Positions 29,041 to 41,436 of a stretch of 64,000 nucleotides of DNA are shown here, one piece after another. Numbering within the stretch: the stretch's first letter is position 1; each line of letters begins with the position of its first letter. Source of the DNA: Nitrososphaeria archaeon (GTDB lineage: Archaea > Thermoproteota > Nitrososphaeria > JACIWG01); contig CAVVXT010000012.1 of NCBI GenBank assembly GCA_963752255.1, positions 128,001 to 192,000 on the forward strand. The letters run 5' to 3'. The notes under the pieces are model-generated. The model saw only the letters and a list, made by a program, of their open reading frames with translations, was not told where the DNA came from and searched no databases. Made by a program: the position numbers and the translations under genes.

Positions 29041-30251
29041 CTACTTTTGATATTTTTCTATCGCTTCCAGAGCTGGAAGCTTTTTGCCCATCAGCACTTC
29101 CAGGAGGGCGCCACCGCCGGAACTCACGTAAGAAATCTTGTTGTAGAGACCTAACCTACTTAGTGCCGCTATCGTGTGACCTCCACCTGCAACGGTAAAA
29201 GCGTTTGAGGCAATTGCTGATTCGAATACCGCTTTTGTTCCTTTAATGAATTCGTCGTTTTCGTAAACACCCATAGGTCCGTGCATCAAAACAGCCTTAG
29301 CACCACGTAATACGTTCTGATAAATTGCAATCGTCTTCTCTCCAATATCAGATATTTCGTATTTGTTTGGAAGGTTGATCATTTGTATCTCCACTCTTCT
29401 TCCGTTAGCATTGACGGCAAAGTCGATTGGCACAGATATTTTGTCACCGTATTTATCGAGGATACTTTTGGCTCTTGGAACCATTTCTAATAGACCTTTA
29501 TCGGAAAGGGTCTTCTTGTTCGACGGCCCTATGTCAAGACCTTTGGCAGCTAGAAAGAGCTGTGATACAAGGCCACCTGTTATTATGTGGTCAGCACGAT
29601 CATTCGATAGCACGTAATCGATTATTTCAACCCCTTCTTTGACCTTAGAACCTCCCAGTATGTAGACGATAGGTCTGTTGTCTACAGAGCGTATTCTTTC
29701 CAGAGCTTTAATTTCCTTTTCCATAACTCTGCCCAAAACAGTGGGCATCACAACTGTGAAACCGACAATTGAGGCATGTGACCTGTGTGCGGCTGCAAAA
29801 GCGTCTATAACGAACACGTCAGCTAGCGGAGCTGAGTTCGAACCAGTGAAGACTTTGACTGTTCTTCTATGGTCTTTTTTTCGGTTTCTTCAGATAGGCT
29901 GCGCACATTTTCAAGAACCAAAATCTCACCCGGCTTGAGAGCTTTTACCGCGTTAACCGCCTTCTCTCCTACGACTTCATTAACGTATGTAACCTTCTCT
30001 TTCAATATCTCTGACAGACGCTGAGCGTGTTGCTTCAACGTCGTGTAGTCCGGATCTCCGAGTCTACCTTGATGTGCAAGTACAACAACTTTAGCCCCTT
30101 TGTCAGTAAGTTCTTTGATCGTTATCGAATGAAGTCTAATCCGTTCATCGTCCAAGAGCTTCTTAGTAGAAGGGTCTACGGTTGAATTGAAATCAACTCT
30201 TACGATAGCGGTCTTATTCTTGAAATCGAAATCGTCCATCGTCTTATACAT
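29041..30251 (-). CDS. pgk: Phosphoglycerate kinase, frameshifted near 29835
   Basis: VRVDFN, AHQGR and LENVR in one frame; DAFAAAHR, LGGSK, GGGHT and SSGGGA in the other; one missing base restores LVRTLAPLADVFV. Confidence 0.93.
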
Positions 30252-30296
30252 GTCAGTCAGTCCCGAAAATCTATGATCCTATTTATTCAAAAGAAA

Positions 30297-31322
<1,026 letters not shown>

Positions 31323-31401
31323 CTATCGAATGCAGGTAAAATATTACCCATATAAAAGAATTAACTATTCCTAACAAGTGAGGTAAACAATATAAATTTA
31401 T

Positions 31402-32088
31402 ATGATTCCAGTGGAAAGATTATGCGTGCTCTTTAAGGTAAAATCATTGGAGGAATTGGCGAAGCTGGTCGTAGCTTCAAAGTCAACTGACGTCATGCAG
31501 TTCTTTGGGGGAATATTCGTTTCGGGAACAAATAATGTGAAATACTATTTCACCTTCGGTGACCCTGAGGAGGTAAGCGAATTTATGAACGTCTATTTTA
31601 CAGAAGGAGAAGAAATGGGGGGAAAGTTCTTGAAGTTTCCCGTTGCAGGTGGTGATGGCAAGATCGCTCCCGCACAGGGGATAGAAGGTTCAGACATCTT
31701 CATTCCCTTTATATATGTTGACGATAAGGTGGACTATAGGGATTTCCCCAAAGCTTCACCGCTACTTGTGAAAACCAAGAGCTTTGAAGACCTTCTAAGA
31801 TCGGCTCTTGGTTGGCCAACAGTCAGAGGTACCTTCCTGCTATATACTTGGAAACATAATGGTAGTAATGTCTACACTCTAAAGCTCACACAAAGAATTT
31901 TTGATAAATGCAGAAGAATATATTTTACCTATCTCACTGACAAAGAAGTTACAGGGAATTTCATAAAATATAGGGTTACAAACATCGAAGAATGGAAGGC
32001 GTGCAACGACATTGTCGAGCCAAAGTGGGTCTATTTCCCGATTATTAGAATGGAAGAAGGTTTTAATGAGCTCTCCAAAATTCTTTAG
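31402..32088 (+). CDS. Hypothetical protein with internal tandem duplication
   Basis: Halves share KVKSLEEL...GKFLKF...FIPFIYV and VKTKSFEDL...GNFIKY...YFPIIRM. Confidence 0.7.
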   Translation: MIPVERLCVLFKVKSLEELAKLVVASKSTDVMQFFGGIFVSGTNNVKYYFTFGDPEEVSEFMNVYFTEGEEMGGKFLKFPVAGGDGKIAPAQGIEGSDIFIPFIYVDDKVDYRDFPKASPLLVKTKSFEDLLRSALGWPTVRGTFLLYTWKHNGSNVYTLKLTQRIFDKCRRIYFTYLTDKEVTGNFIKYRVTNIEEWKACNDIVEPKWVYFPIIRMEEGFNELSKIL

Positions 32089-32233
32089 CATTCACCCTAA
32101 AGTTTTCTTCACCCAACTTCAACGAGAAATTCCTTATTATTTATAGCGTCAGCGGTATAATAATATATTTAATCAGTTGAAGGACAGACAAAAAAAAGAA
32201 AGAAGAAAGTTGTCTTTTCTCTTTCTTCGAGAT

Positions 32234-34600
32234 CTATTCTTTCATTGAGAGCCTTTTTAGTTCAGAAAGGCTTGACAGTATCAGTTTTTGTTCAACACTT
32301 GCTACAAGCTTCTTTGTTGTTACAACTGTGTCTGGGTTGACCGATACACTATCTATTCCATTCTCAACAAGGAATTTTGTTATCTCAGGGTACACCGATG
32401 GAGCTTGTCCACATATGCTTACTGTAACGTTGTTTTCGTGTGCAACCTTAATCAGGTGGGCGATTGACCTTAGCACTGCCGGATCTCTTTCATCAAAATA
32501 TCCCAGATTGCCGAGTATGCCGCTGTCTCTATCCGCACCAAGGATCAGTTGTGTAAGGTCGTTTGATCCAATGCTGAAACCATCGCAGAGTTTACTAAAT
32601 TCGTCTGCTAGCAACACTATTGAAGGTACTTCTGCCATGAACCAGAGTTTGAAATCTTTACTTCTTTCAAGGCCTTCTTCACTCATTATTTTTACCGCCT
32701 TCTCCACTTCCCATGTCGTTCTAACGAAGGGTAGCATGAGCCAAACGTTCTTGAGACCCATTTCATCTCTTACTTTCTTCATAGCTTTGCATTCTAGTCT
32801 AAAGCCCGGTTCGTACTCTGGACTAATGTACCTTGAGACACCTCTCCATCCAATCATCGGGTTGTTTTCTTTAGGCTCATATTTCTCGCCACCTTTTAGA
32901 GCCGCATATTCGTTTGTTTTGAAGTCGCTCATTCTTACAACAATTGGTCTCGGATACACCGCGCTCTGCCACCTTAGCTATGCCCTCCGCGAGTTTGTCA
33001 ACAAAAACCTGTGACCTTCCCTGCTCAATAAGTGCCAGCGGGTGTTCACCCACCCAATCTGCGACGATGAACTCAATTCTCATAAGTCCTATTCCATCGA
33101 ATGGTAGATCCTTGTATTCGTCTGCTTTTCCAGGGTCTCCAAGGTTCATGTACACCTTTGTTCCAGTAATCGGTACAGCATTTGCTATTACCGCTGTAGC
33201 TGCTACAGCTTCACCTTTCACTTCAGGCTTTTCCTCCTCTATTATTCCTTCATAGATTATTCCTAGAGCTCCGTCCATTGAAACTTCCTGTCCCGTTTTC
33301 AGTACCTCAGTTGCTCCCTTAGTGCCTACGACGCAGGGCACACCTAGTTCCCTTGAGACTATTGCAGCGTGAGCGGTCATACCTCCACCGTTTGTTATGA
33401 TCCCCGCCGCTTTTCTCATAGCAGGAACCCAGTCGGGAGCGGTCATTTCAGTAACTAGAATCTCACCTTCCTTGAAGTTTGCGATGTCCTTTACGTCCAT
33501 TATAATATTGACCTTTCCTGAAGATCTACCTGGTGAAGCACCTACGTCCCCTTATCAAGACTTTCGCTGTCGATGCTTTGACTTTGGCGACCTCTGCTGT
33601 AGTCACCTTCGAAGACCATACAGTCTCAGGCCTAGCTTGAACAATATAGAGTTTGTTTGTGTCCGTGTCAAGAGCCCATTCAATATCCATGGGTCTGCCA
33701 TAGTGTTTTTCTATAAGGTCAGCATCTTTACCTAATTCGATTACTTGTTCGTCAGACAGGCAGGATAGGTTCTGTAGATTCTTTGGAACTTCGACCTCTT
33801 TGCTGAATCCATCTATACCTTTTCCTTTTATTGTCATCAGGTTCTTCTGAGAGATATTCTTCTCAAGTATTTTGAAGCTACCTTTCTCCACCACCCATCT
33901 GTCTGGGTCAACATGACCTTGAACAACAGACTCCCCTACACCCCACGCACCTTCGATTGTAATCGCGTTCCTGTCTCCTGTCACCGGATTTAGCGTAAAC
34001 ATCACGCCTGCGGTCTTGCTGTTGATCATCTTTTGTACACCGACTGAAAGCTTTACTTTAAAGTGATCGAACCCTTTTTCAACCCTATACGAGATTGCTC
34101 TCGGCGTAAAAAGTGAACTGATGCATTTCTTTACGCTTTCTACGAGAGCGTCTCTTCCTTGTACAAACAGGTAGGTGTCTTGTTGTCCCGCAAACGACGC
34201 CGTCGGAAGGTCTTCGGCTGTAGCGCTGCTCCTAACCGCTACCTCCGGATTGTTGATTCCTATCTTCTTTCCCAACGCCCTATAGTGTTCCATAAGTCCG
34301 TCTTCTAGAACCTTTGGAAATTCGCACGATTCGATCACAGCACGAATCTTCTTCGATGTTTCAGTGAGCTTTTCTAGGTCATTGGTATCCAGTCCTGACA
34401 GCAGTTCTACAATCTTTGGTGCAAGATTAGAAGCTTCGATAAAATAATCGTATCCCGCTGAAGTCAGAGCAAATCCTGGTGGAACTGGTATTCCAGCGTT
34501 TACCATTTCACCCAAGCTTGAATTCTTTCCTCCAACAAGCGGTACGTCTTCCCTCCTAAGTTCCTCAAAGTCTAAATAAAATTTTTCTTTTCTTGGACAT
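32234..34600 (-). CDS. ppsA: Phosphoenolpyruvate synthase, three frameshifts (~34575, ~33545, ~32964)
   Basis: [31 protein letters not shown], phospho-His [21 protein letters not shown]. Confidence 0.93.
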
Positions 34601-34719
34601 CCTATATCATTGGTTTTGGCTCAAAATAACTGATATATAAACATCTTATTTTGCCAGTCCGATCTTTGAAGAAGATCGCTTCTACTGTAGGACGTTCATC
34701 GAATCACGTCGTGAACGAT

Positions 34720-36240
34720 CTAGAGCTCCATTTCACTAAAAATTTTTATAGTGGAATACAAGAAGAAGACCGTTACTATGATAGCGTAGACGATGGAAAA
34801 AAGCGTCAGAATCGAGATATAGAGCTCTGATAGAGTAAGTATTTGGACGATAAATGAAGGAATAAGAATTGGTAGCGAAATCAGCACGAAAAAAAGCATT
34901 CCCATCATGTATACGTATGGTGTGAATAGCTTCCTTTTTACCGTCCAGATACCGTAGAAGGTGCCTAAGGCAGAGTTGGATAAAGAGAGAAGAACAGAGG
35001 ATAGTATCAAACCTATGCTTAGGTAACCTGTCCATAACGAGCCTATTAGGTAGGCGATCGCCAACATGGGAAGATAAAGTAGCAGTTGCCAAAGGAAGAC
35101 GCCAAAAACATAGGATTTTACCTTACAAGAAAAGGTCTTCAGGATCCAGAAATAGTCACTGAATTCGGTTATCCACAGCTGTGCAAGAATAATCGGGAAA
35201 AAGATTGGTATGAAAAGTATTACGAAAGAATTCATTTGAATGCTCTGGAATTCAGGTGCCTTTGAAGTTATAAAAAGGTAAGGAAGGTTTAAAAAAATGA
35301 ATGTCAATAGAAGGCCGTACAGATCTCCGAAACGTAATGTTCTTACAAGTGATTCCTTAACGTGGAATAAAACTGTACTTTTTGGAGCCTGTTCAAGGGA
35401 CACTGGTATTGAAAAACGATTCATCTGATTCAGGAGATTCTGCTGTTGTTGCACCTGATATCTGAAGCTCGTGTCAAACGCGGCTCTTAATGGAATAACC
35501 TGTGCGTAAGGAATAAAGTTCAGCGAAGATGCTTTTTGCCATAGAAAAAGGGAGAAAATAATCCAAAAGCATACTGAAATCACAGGGGCAACGGCCAAGA
35601 TTCCTACAGGGTTGGCTAACAATTCTTGAGCAGAACCTACTGGAGAAATCAGATTAGCTACGTATGGTACACTGTGATATATCAGTAGAAAAGGTATCGG
35701 AGCGCAGAATGCAATCAGGACAGCCGTAACCAAAACTCTAACCAGGCTGCGATTGTAGAAGATTATTAAAACCTTAAAACTATTTTCTAATACAACTGAA
35801 ATGCCTAGAATAATAAAGATTAACATAAAGAAGAGAATGTAAAAAACCTTCAACAATAAAATGATAACAATAAATGAGATAAAAAAAGGGAGACAGAGTA
35901 TGAAGAGAATAAGGGTGAGATCATACAAGGTCTTTGCCACGAAGAACTGCCGCGCATTTATGGGCGCAGAAAAAATGAAATCTCTCTCATAGTCGATAAC
36001 ACTTATCTGGCTTATCAAAGAATAGAAAAGGAAAAGAACAGGAAGAAGATAGAGAACAGGATACTGCAAGACAATTTGAACTAGTATGTCCTTAGATGAG
36101 CCGTTTCCACTCAAAATTAGGGGGATGATCCCTAACCCGGACAACGAATATAATAGAAGTAGTAGGAGGGTGGCTTTAGACCTCCTAAATGAACCAAATG
36201 ACGCAACAAGTCTCATTAAATAAATTTCTTTTATAGCCAA
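34720..36240 (-). CDS. ABC exporter permease (multi-TM)
   Basis: Two hydrophobic halves separated by a polar linker; directly downstream of the ABC ATPase. Confidence 0.75.
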   Translation of the reverse strand: MAIKEIYLMRLVASFGSFRRSKATLLLLLLYSLSGLGIIPLILSGNGSSKDILVQIVLQYPVLYLLPVLFLFYSLISQISVIDYERDFIFSAPINARQFFVAKTLYDLTLILFILCLPFFISFIVIILLLKVFYILFFMLIFIILGISVVLENSFKVLIIFYNRSLVRVLVTAVLIAFCAPIPFLLIYHSVPYVANLISPVGSAQELLANPVGILAVAPVISVCFWIIFSLFLWQKASSLNFIPYAQVIPLRAAFDTSFRYQVQQQQNLLNQMNRFSIPVSLEQAPKSTVLFHVKESLVRTLRFGDLYGLLLTFIFLNLPYLFITSKAPEFQSIQMNSFVILFIPIFFPIILAQLWITEFSDYFWILKTFSCKVKSYVFGVFLWQLLLYLPMLAIAYLIGSLWTGYLSIGLILSSVLLSLSNSALGTFYGIWTVKRKLFTPYVYMMGMLFFVLISLPILIPSFIVQILTLSELYISILTLFSIVYAIIVTVFFLYSTIKIFSEMEL

Positions 36241-36246
36241 AATTGT

Positions 36247-37086
36247 CTACATCCTTCTTAGACGACTTAAGAAACTCTTCTTCTGTTTCGACGGTGATTC
36301 AGTATTTTCCTGAACCATAGATTCCTTCGTCAAAGAAAGGAAAAGCTGTTCAAGAGTAGTATCTTTACCCGCGTGTGCAAGATCTCTGAGCTCTTGCAGG
36401 TTCCCTGTTGCAACATTCTTTCCCCTACTTATTATTGCGACCCTATCGCAGAATCTTTCTGCAAGGTCTAATAGATGTGTAGATAAGAGAACAGAGCAAC
36501 CTGATTCTACAAGTTCTTTTATCATCGACTTTAGTTCAAATTGACCCTCAGGATCAATGCCTATAAAGGGCTCATCCAAAAACAGAATCTTAGGATCTTC
36601 CAAAAGAGTTGAGGAAAAGACGAGTTTCTGTTTCATACCCTTCGAAAGGGAAGTGATAAGGCTTTTCTTCTTTTCAAAAAGATTAAATTTACCAAATAGC
36701 TCGTCAATCCTTTTCCTTAAGACATCTTCAGGAATGTTTCTTATTCGACCAACGTAATACAGAAATTCATAAGAATTCAGGTACTCAGGAATAGTCGCGG
36801 ACTCTGGGACATAGCCTAAATAACTCTTATATTTAGAAACTTCTTTGTCTATGTCATATCCTACAACATTTACAGCACCCTGATCTTTCTTCACTAAACC
36901 CAGGATTATCTTGATGGTTGTGGTCTTCCCTGACCCATTGGGGCCGATAAGTCCTAGGACTTCACCCTTATTCATGTACAAAGATAAACCGTTTAATGCC
37001 GGCACACCATCATATGCTTTCCACAGGTTGTAAACGTAGAGTGTCGCAAATGTAGGGTCGTATTTTTCGAATACGTTATTTAACAT
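36247..37086 (-). CDS. ABC-2-type transporter ATPase
   Basis: GPNGSGKTT, LSKGMKQK, FLDEP, STH. Confidence 0.94.
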   Translation of the reverse strand: MLNNVFEKYDPTFATLYVYNLWKAYDGVPALNGLSLYMNKGEVLGLIGPNGSGKTTTIKIILGLVKKDQGAVNVVGYDIDKEVSKYKSYLGYVPESATIPEYLNSYEFLYYVGRIRNIPEDVLRKRIDELFGKFNLFEKKKSLITSLSKGMKQKLVFSSTLLEDPKILFLDEPFIGIDPEGQFELKSMIKELVESGCSVLLSTHLLDLAERFCDRVAIISRGKNVATGNLQELRDLAHAGKDTTLEQLFLSLTKESMVQENTESPSKQKKSFLSRLRRM

Positions 37087-37196
37087 GACGCCACCTGCTA
37101 CGACTCGAAATATATAAAATCTTGTGGCTTGGGAATAATACCATATTCTAGGAATTTTGTACATCTGAGCTAAGAAATTTCTTAATGTTTTTCGAA

Positions 37197-37478
37197 CTAC
37201 TCCTTTACTTCCACGGATAGTTTAGGGTCAATTTCTTTGAGCATACCCAAGATTTCCTCGATTGCAGGAATAGAACCTTTTAGGTTCCAGCTTATTTGTT
37301 TTATTGAAGCCTTATTGAATTCAGGTTCGATGGATATTATTGAGACAAACTTTTCTTTGATAACGTAATATTCATAACTGTGCATTCTAACCTGATAACC
37401 GCTGTCAACCAATTTTTTTCTGAGAAGAACACGTTTCTCCAGAAATTTAAAAGGGGAGGACATCAAAAGTATTTTCAT
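37197..37478 (-). CDS. Hypothetical protein
   Basis: 93-aa ORF with globular composition; no recognised motif. Confidence 0.55.
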   Translation of the reverse strand: MKILLMSSPFKFLEKRVLLRKKLVDSGYQVRMHSYEYYVIKEKFVSIISIEPEFNKASIKQISWNLKGSIPAIEEILGMLKEIDPKLSVEVKE

Positions 37479-37818
37479 TTGGATTAATATTTAAGCATTA
37501 CACAAAAATATTTCAGTTTATAATATTTATTGCAATTATAATCGAATTCTTTAAAAAATATCAAGTTAATGTTTTCAAGAAAAACAGGAATGCGATCATG
37601 AAAGCTAAAGGACTTTAAGTATAATGATCTTGGATTATTCTTGTTAAAAATTGACTCATAAATTTCCAAAACAGAACATTTCACAAGTATTAGGAAATTG
37701 AATATGTCAATCTAAAGAAATAACATATATTATCTATTTATAATATTGTACTGGATTAAAACGGAACATTGATGCTAGAGAATTATAGCAAATCAATGGA
37801 ACAAAGAGTGGGACAAAA

Positions 37819-38742
37819 ATGAACGAGATATCTTTAGATCTGAACCTCTATGATCCCTTCAACGCCGATTATTGTTTCACAAGCGGGCAGATTTTTGGAT
37901 GGAAAAAGATAAATGGATACTGGTATGGTGTAACAAAATGTAAGCTTCTTAAAATTTATCAAAAAGAAAGTACCCTCTTAATTCACTCAGAAGATGATAT
38001 AAAAGAGAAGGAGATTGTTGATTTTCTTGGATTGGAGGACAATAAAAACGATATTGATAGAAAAATCGCTCTAAACCAATTTATGTCCGGCGCGATATCA
38101 AGATTTTCAGCAGTTAGGATCCTTAAACAAGACCCAGCCGAAACGATAATAAGCTATATCTGTGCACAAAATAAAAACATACCTGCAATAGAGAAGATGA
38201 TATATGAGCTTTCTAGAATGTTTGGTTCCAAGAAGGAAATGGACTCAATATCCTTCTATACACTTCCTGATTTTGTTAAAATTTCAAATTTGTGTTTGAA
38301 AGATCTTTTGACAGTGGGGCTAGGATATAGAGCCAAATACCTCTTGGAGACGGGGAGAAGAATTCAGGGAGATAATACTCTCGTCGATGAAATAGCTAAC
38401 ATGGAATATCATGAAGCTTGGAAGAAGATGGCTTTTGGAGAAATGAAGCTTTCTGGGGTTGGTCCAAAGGTCGCCGACTGCATACTGCTTTATGGCTTTG
38501 GCAAAATGGAAGCGTTTCCGATAGACATCTGGATATCAAGAACATACGCAACAGCAATGGAGGGCTTAATAGACGATGAGGATCTTGACTTCTTCCGAAA
38601 CATGATCTACACGAAAAAGAATCCAGGTAAAAGACTTTATTTGGAACTCGGTGACTTAGCTAGAAAAGTTTTCGGTAAATATGCGGGTTACGCACAGCTG
38701 TATATGTATATGTATAGACGGAACTATTTTAGATATCTTTAA
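37819..38742 (+). CDS. 8-oxoguanine DNA glycosylase, Ogg1-type
   Basis: SGQIFGW, ILKQDP, LGYRAKY, HhH GVGPKVADC with catalytic Lys, AFPID, AGYAQ. Confidence 0.9.
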   Translation: MNEISLDLNLYDPFNADYCFTSGQIFGWKKINGYWYGVTKCKLLKIYQKESTLLIHSEDDIKEKEIVDFLGLEDNKNDIDRKIALNQFMSGAISRFSAVRILKQDPAETIISYICAQNKNIPAIEKMIYELSRMFGSKKEMDSISFYTLPDFVKISNLCLKDLLTVGLGYRAKYLLETGRRIQGDNTLVDEIANMEYHEAWKKMAFGEMKLSGVGPKVADCILLYGFGKMEAFPIDIWISRTYATAMEGLIDDEDLDFFRNMIYTKKNPGKRLYLELGDLARKVFGKYAGYAQLYMYMYRRNYFRYL

Positions 38743-39313
38743 CTGAAATAAAATTGAGAGCTGATCTTGAAGCGAGCCTGGCAATTCTAATCGGATCAGG
38801 GATAGCACCTTGCAGAGTGAACTTGTCAACAACATACTTTGCATCTTCAACGCTTATTCCTGAACACCTAAGGAAAACATGCTTACCGGTATGTAGTGTA
38901 ACAAGCGTTCTATCCCCAAGTCTCCTATACAGTTCTATCTTTTCAGGTTCGTCAGGAAAATGATGTCTCAAATGTTCCTCTAAACCTTCAGAGGGCCTGT
39001 AAGTAATTGAGATAATAGGAATCCCTATGGAAGCGAACAGGTTGTCGATGTCGACTATATTGAATAGGCTAACGACGCTTCCTCCAATCATAATAACGTT
39101 CACATCTTTTCTTTCTAACTGCTTAAACATTTCAACTATCGATTCAGTGACATCGTCTCCACCTAAAGTTGCTTTTCCAAATACGAATCCGTCAATAACG
39201 AGATCGGATCTCATGACAACACCCGACAAAACGGAAAAAGCAAGCAAGCCCTTTCTAAAGCTCTCTGCAACACCGAAACAACGAATCGCCTTTTTCTGGT
39301 AATGTGTACGCAT
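38729..39313 (-). CDS. DUF99-family (endonuclease V-like) protein
   Basis: GVAESF, GVVMRSD..IDG, GDDVT, FNIVD, IPDPIRIA. Confidence 0.85.
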   Translation of the reverse strand: MRTHYQKKAIRCFGVAESFRKGLLAFSVLSGVVMRSDLVIDGFVFGKATLGGDDVTESIVEMFKQLERKDVNVIMIGGSVVSLFNIVDIDNLFASIGIPIISITYRPSEGLEEHLRHHFPDEPEKIELYRRLGDRTLVTLHTGKHVFLRCSGISVEDAKYVVDKFTLQGAIPDPIRIARLASRSALNFISVKDI

Positions 39314-39469
39314 TGACATAATAAAAAATGCATGCAATATAAAATGGTTTGCTCCCCTGTTATAATTCCCTTAGATAAGAAAAATAAATAGTCTAAGAAC
39401 TCCCACATTACTTTTTCTCATTGAAGAAATTCCTATATAGACGCACTATCTCCCCCGTAGTCGAGAGAT

Positions 39470-39613
39470 ATGCAAGGGTACTGTGTTAAATGCAAGACAA
39501 AAAGGGAAATAAAGAACCCCACGCAAGTCACTCTTAAGAATGGCAAACCAGCGGTCAAGGGCACCTGCCCTGAATGCGAAACTACAATGTTCGTAGTGGG
39601 AAAGAAGCTCTAA
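39470..39613 (+). CDS. Small zinc-ribbon protein, DUF5679-like, 47 aa (not in ORF track)
   Basis: MQGYCVKCKTKREIKNPTQVTLKNGKPAVKGTCPECETTMFVVGKKL; TATATA box upstream and a pyrimidine/T-tract terminator downstream. Confidence 0.88.
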   Translation: MQGYCVKCKTKREIKNPTQVTLKNGKPAVKGTCPECETTMFVVGKKL

Positions 39614-39724
39614 AAACCCTTCCCCCTTTCTTTTTGTAAATCCATAGAAACATTTTACGCTACTTTTTGATAATAAGCAGACAACAGTTTATAAAGGTGG
39701 GAAATGCTGTGGAAAATGTATTAG

Positions 39725-40786
39725 GTGTTGATGTTGTCCAAGATTAGAGTTGCTTTAATAGGAATCGGAAATTGTGCATCGTCCTTTGTTCAAGGTCTTA
39801 GCTATTATGCGAAATGTAAAAAACAAGAAGAATGTAAAGGATTGAAGAACTTTTGTTTAGGAGGATTCTATCCCTCAGACATTCAGATCGTAGCAGCTTT
39901 CGATGTGGATAAGACTAAAATCGGTAAAAGTTTAGAAAAGGCGATTTTTTCTGGCCCTAACAATACGCCAAAACTTTCTGATGTACCTGACATGAATGTT
40001 AGAGTCGAGAAGGGCCCTGTTTTAGATGGTATCGGAGAGAGTCTTAAAGCAATCATTCAGATAGACGATAAACCTGTATCTGATGTAATCAATGTATTAA
40101 GACAAAGTAAATCGGAAATATTAGTTAATCTGCTTCCAAGTGGGGCAGTTAAAGCAACTAAATGGTATGCCGAGCAGGCCGTTAAAGCGGGGTGTGCATT
40201 CGTTAACGCTACACCAGTTTTTATAGCAGGCGATAAGAAATGGGTCGAACTTTTTAGTAATGCAGGATTACCTTTGGTAGGTGATGATTTGATAGACCAG
40301 TTTGGATCTACCGCACTTCACAAGACCCTCCTGAGTCTGCTTACAAAAAATGGTGTGAGAATAACACAGACCTATCAACTTGATGTAGGTGGTGGCACCG
40401 AATCACTTGACACAATGGAAAGGACAAAGAAGATTAAAAGGATTATTAAGACCAGAGCTATTGAAGCATCATTACCCTACAAGGCTGAAGTGGTCGCGGG
40501 GTCAACCGATTATGTTGAATTCCTTCAAAATAAGAGGGACAGCTATTTCTGGCTGAGGGGAACATACTTCTGCGATACACCACTTCAGATTGATTTAAAG
40601 CTTTCAACAGTTGACGGACCAAACGCCGGTTCAGTGCTATTCGATGTTGTAAGAGCGACAAAGATTGCGATTGCAAAGAACGTCAAAGGAACTGTGCTGC
40701 CGATATCCGCCTACGCTTTCAAGAACCCTCCAAAGCAGGTTCCTCTCGAAAAAGCAGAGGAAATGTTCCTCAAGTTCGTTGATTAA
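39725..40786 (+). CDS. myo-inositol-1-phosphate synthase
   Basis: GIGNCASSFVQG, VAAFDVD, FVNATPVFIA, GDD, YQLDVGG, DGPNAG. Confidence 0.9.
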   Translation: MLMLSKIRVALIGIGNCASSFVQGLSYYAKCKKQEECKGLKNFCLGGFYPSDIQIVAAFDVDKTKIGKSLEKAIFSGPNNTPKLSDVPDMNVRVEKGPVLDGIGESLKAIIQIDDKPVSDVINVLRQSKSEILVNLLPSGAVKATKWYAEQAVKAGCAFVNATPVFIAGDKKWVELFSNAGLPLVGDDLIDQFGSTALHKTLLSLLTKNGVRITQTYQLDVGGGTESLDTMERTKKIKRIIKTRAIEASLPYKAEVVAGSTDYVEFLQNKRDSYFWLRGTYFCDTPLQIDLKLSTVDGPNAGSVLFDVVRATKIAIAKNVKGTVLPISAYAFKNPPKQVPLEKAEEMFLKFVD

Positions 40787-40819
40787 ATAACGAATGAAAA
40801 AATTAAGATATATGAAAGC

Positions 40820-41260
40820 TTAATTCAAATTTTTTCTCATCAAATAAGCATCTCCTCCATCAGGATAATATTGTGGAATAGTTTCAACTAAAATGAAATT
40901 ATTCTTTTTATAAAAGTTTATTGCCGCAAAATTAGATACATTCACCTGCAGTTCCAAATATTGCACTTTCTTTCTAAGATCTTCTACGGCGTAATCAACC
41001 AGCGTCTGGCCTATTCCCATTCTTCTATAATCGGGTAAAACAGCTATTGACACGATCGAACCCTTACCGCCAGAAATTGAATATACAATATATCCCGTAA
41101 TACGGCCGCCATCATCAACAACAATAAAGCCCTCAGGATAATTCTTAAGTAGAAAATAGAACATATAATGTGAGAAAGGTTTGGAAAAAGAAGCCATCTC
41201 TACCTTCTCAACTTCATCTAAATCACTTAAAGAGCATCTTCTAAGAAGCAGATGTATCAT
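40820..41260 (-). CDS. RimI/Ard1-like N-acetyltransferase
   Basis: SIAVLPDYRRMGIG, N..AINFY, YYPDGGDAYLM. Confidence 0.92.
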   Translation of the reverse strand: MIHLLLRRCSLSDLDEVEKVEMASFSKPFSHYMFYFLLKNYPEGFIVVDDGGRITGYIVYSISGGKGSIVSIAVLPDYRRMGIGQTLVDYAVEDLRKKVQYLELQVNVSNFAAINFYKKNNFILVETIPQYYPDGGDAYLMRKNLN

Positions 41261-41436
41261 ATTATGAACTTAATTTCCCCTTTTAAATCAATCGGTGAAA
41301 GATCTTATGAAATAAAACTAATCAGAAAAATGTCACTAAAAGGTCCATTTACTCAAAAAGGAGAAATAATTGCACTAGACTTTAGTTTGGAAGCGGGTAA
41401 AACTAATTAAACCCCCTTTCTGATTAAAATGATAAA

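Noticed and set aside
32328-33014. Long antisense ORFs opposite ppsA (and similarly opposite gap, pfkA, guaA, hppA, lysK and the kinase)
   Set aside because: Codon-bias shadows of well-supported genes with Ser/Ile/Pro-rich, motif-free translations.
37484-37684. 66-aa ORF in an AT-rich spacer
   Set aside because: Composition reflects the AT-rich divergent promoter region; no motif.
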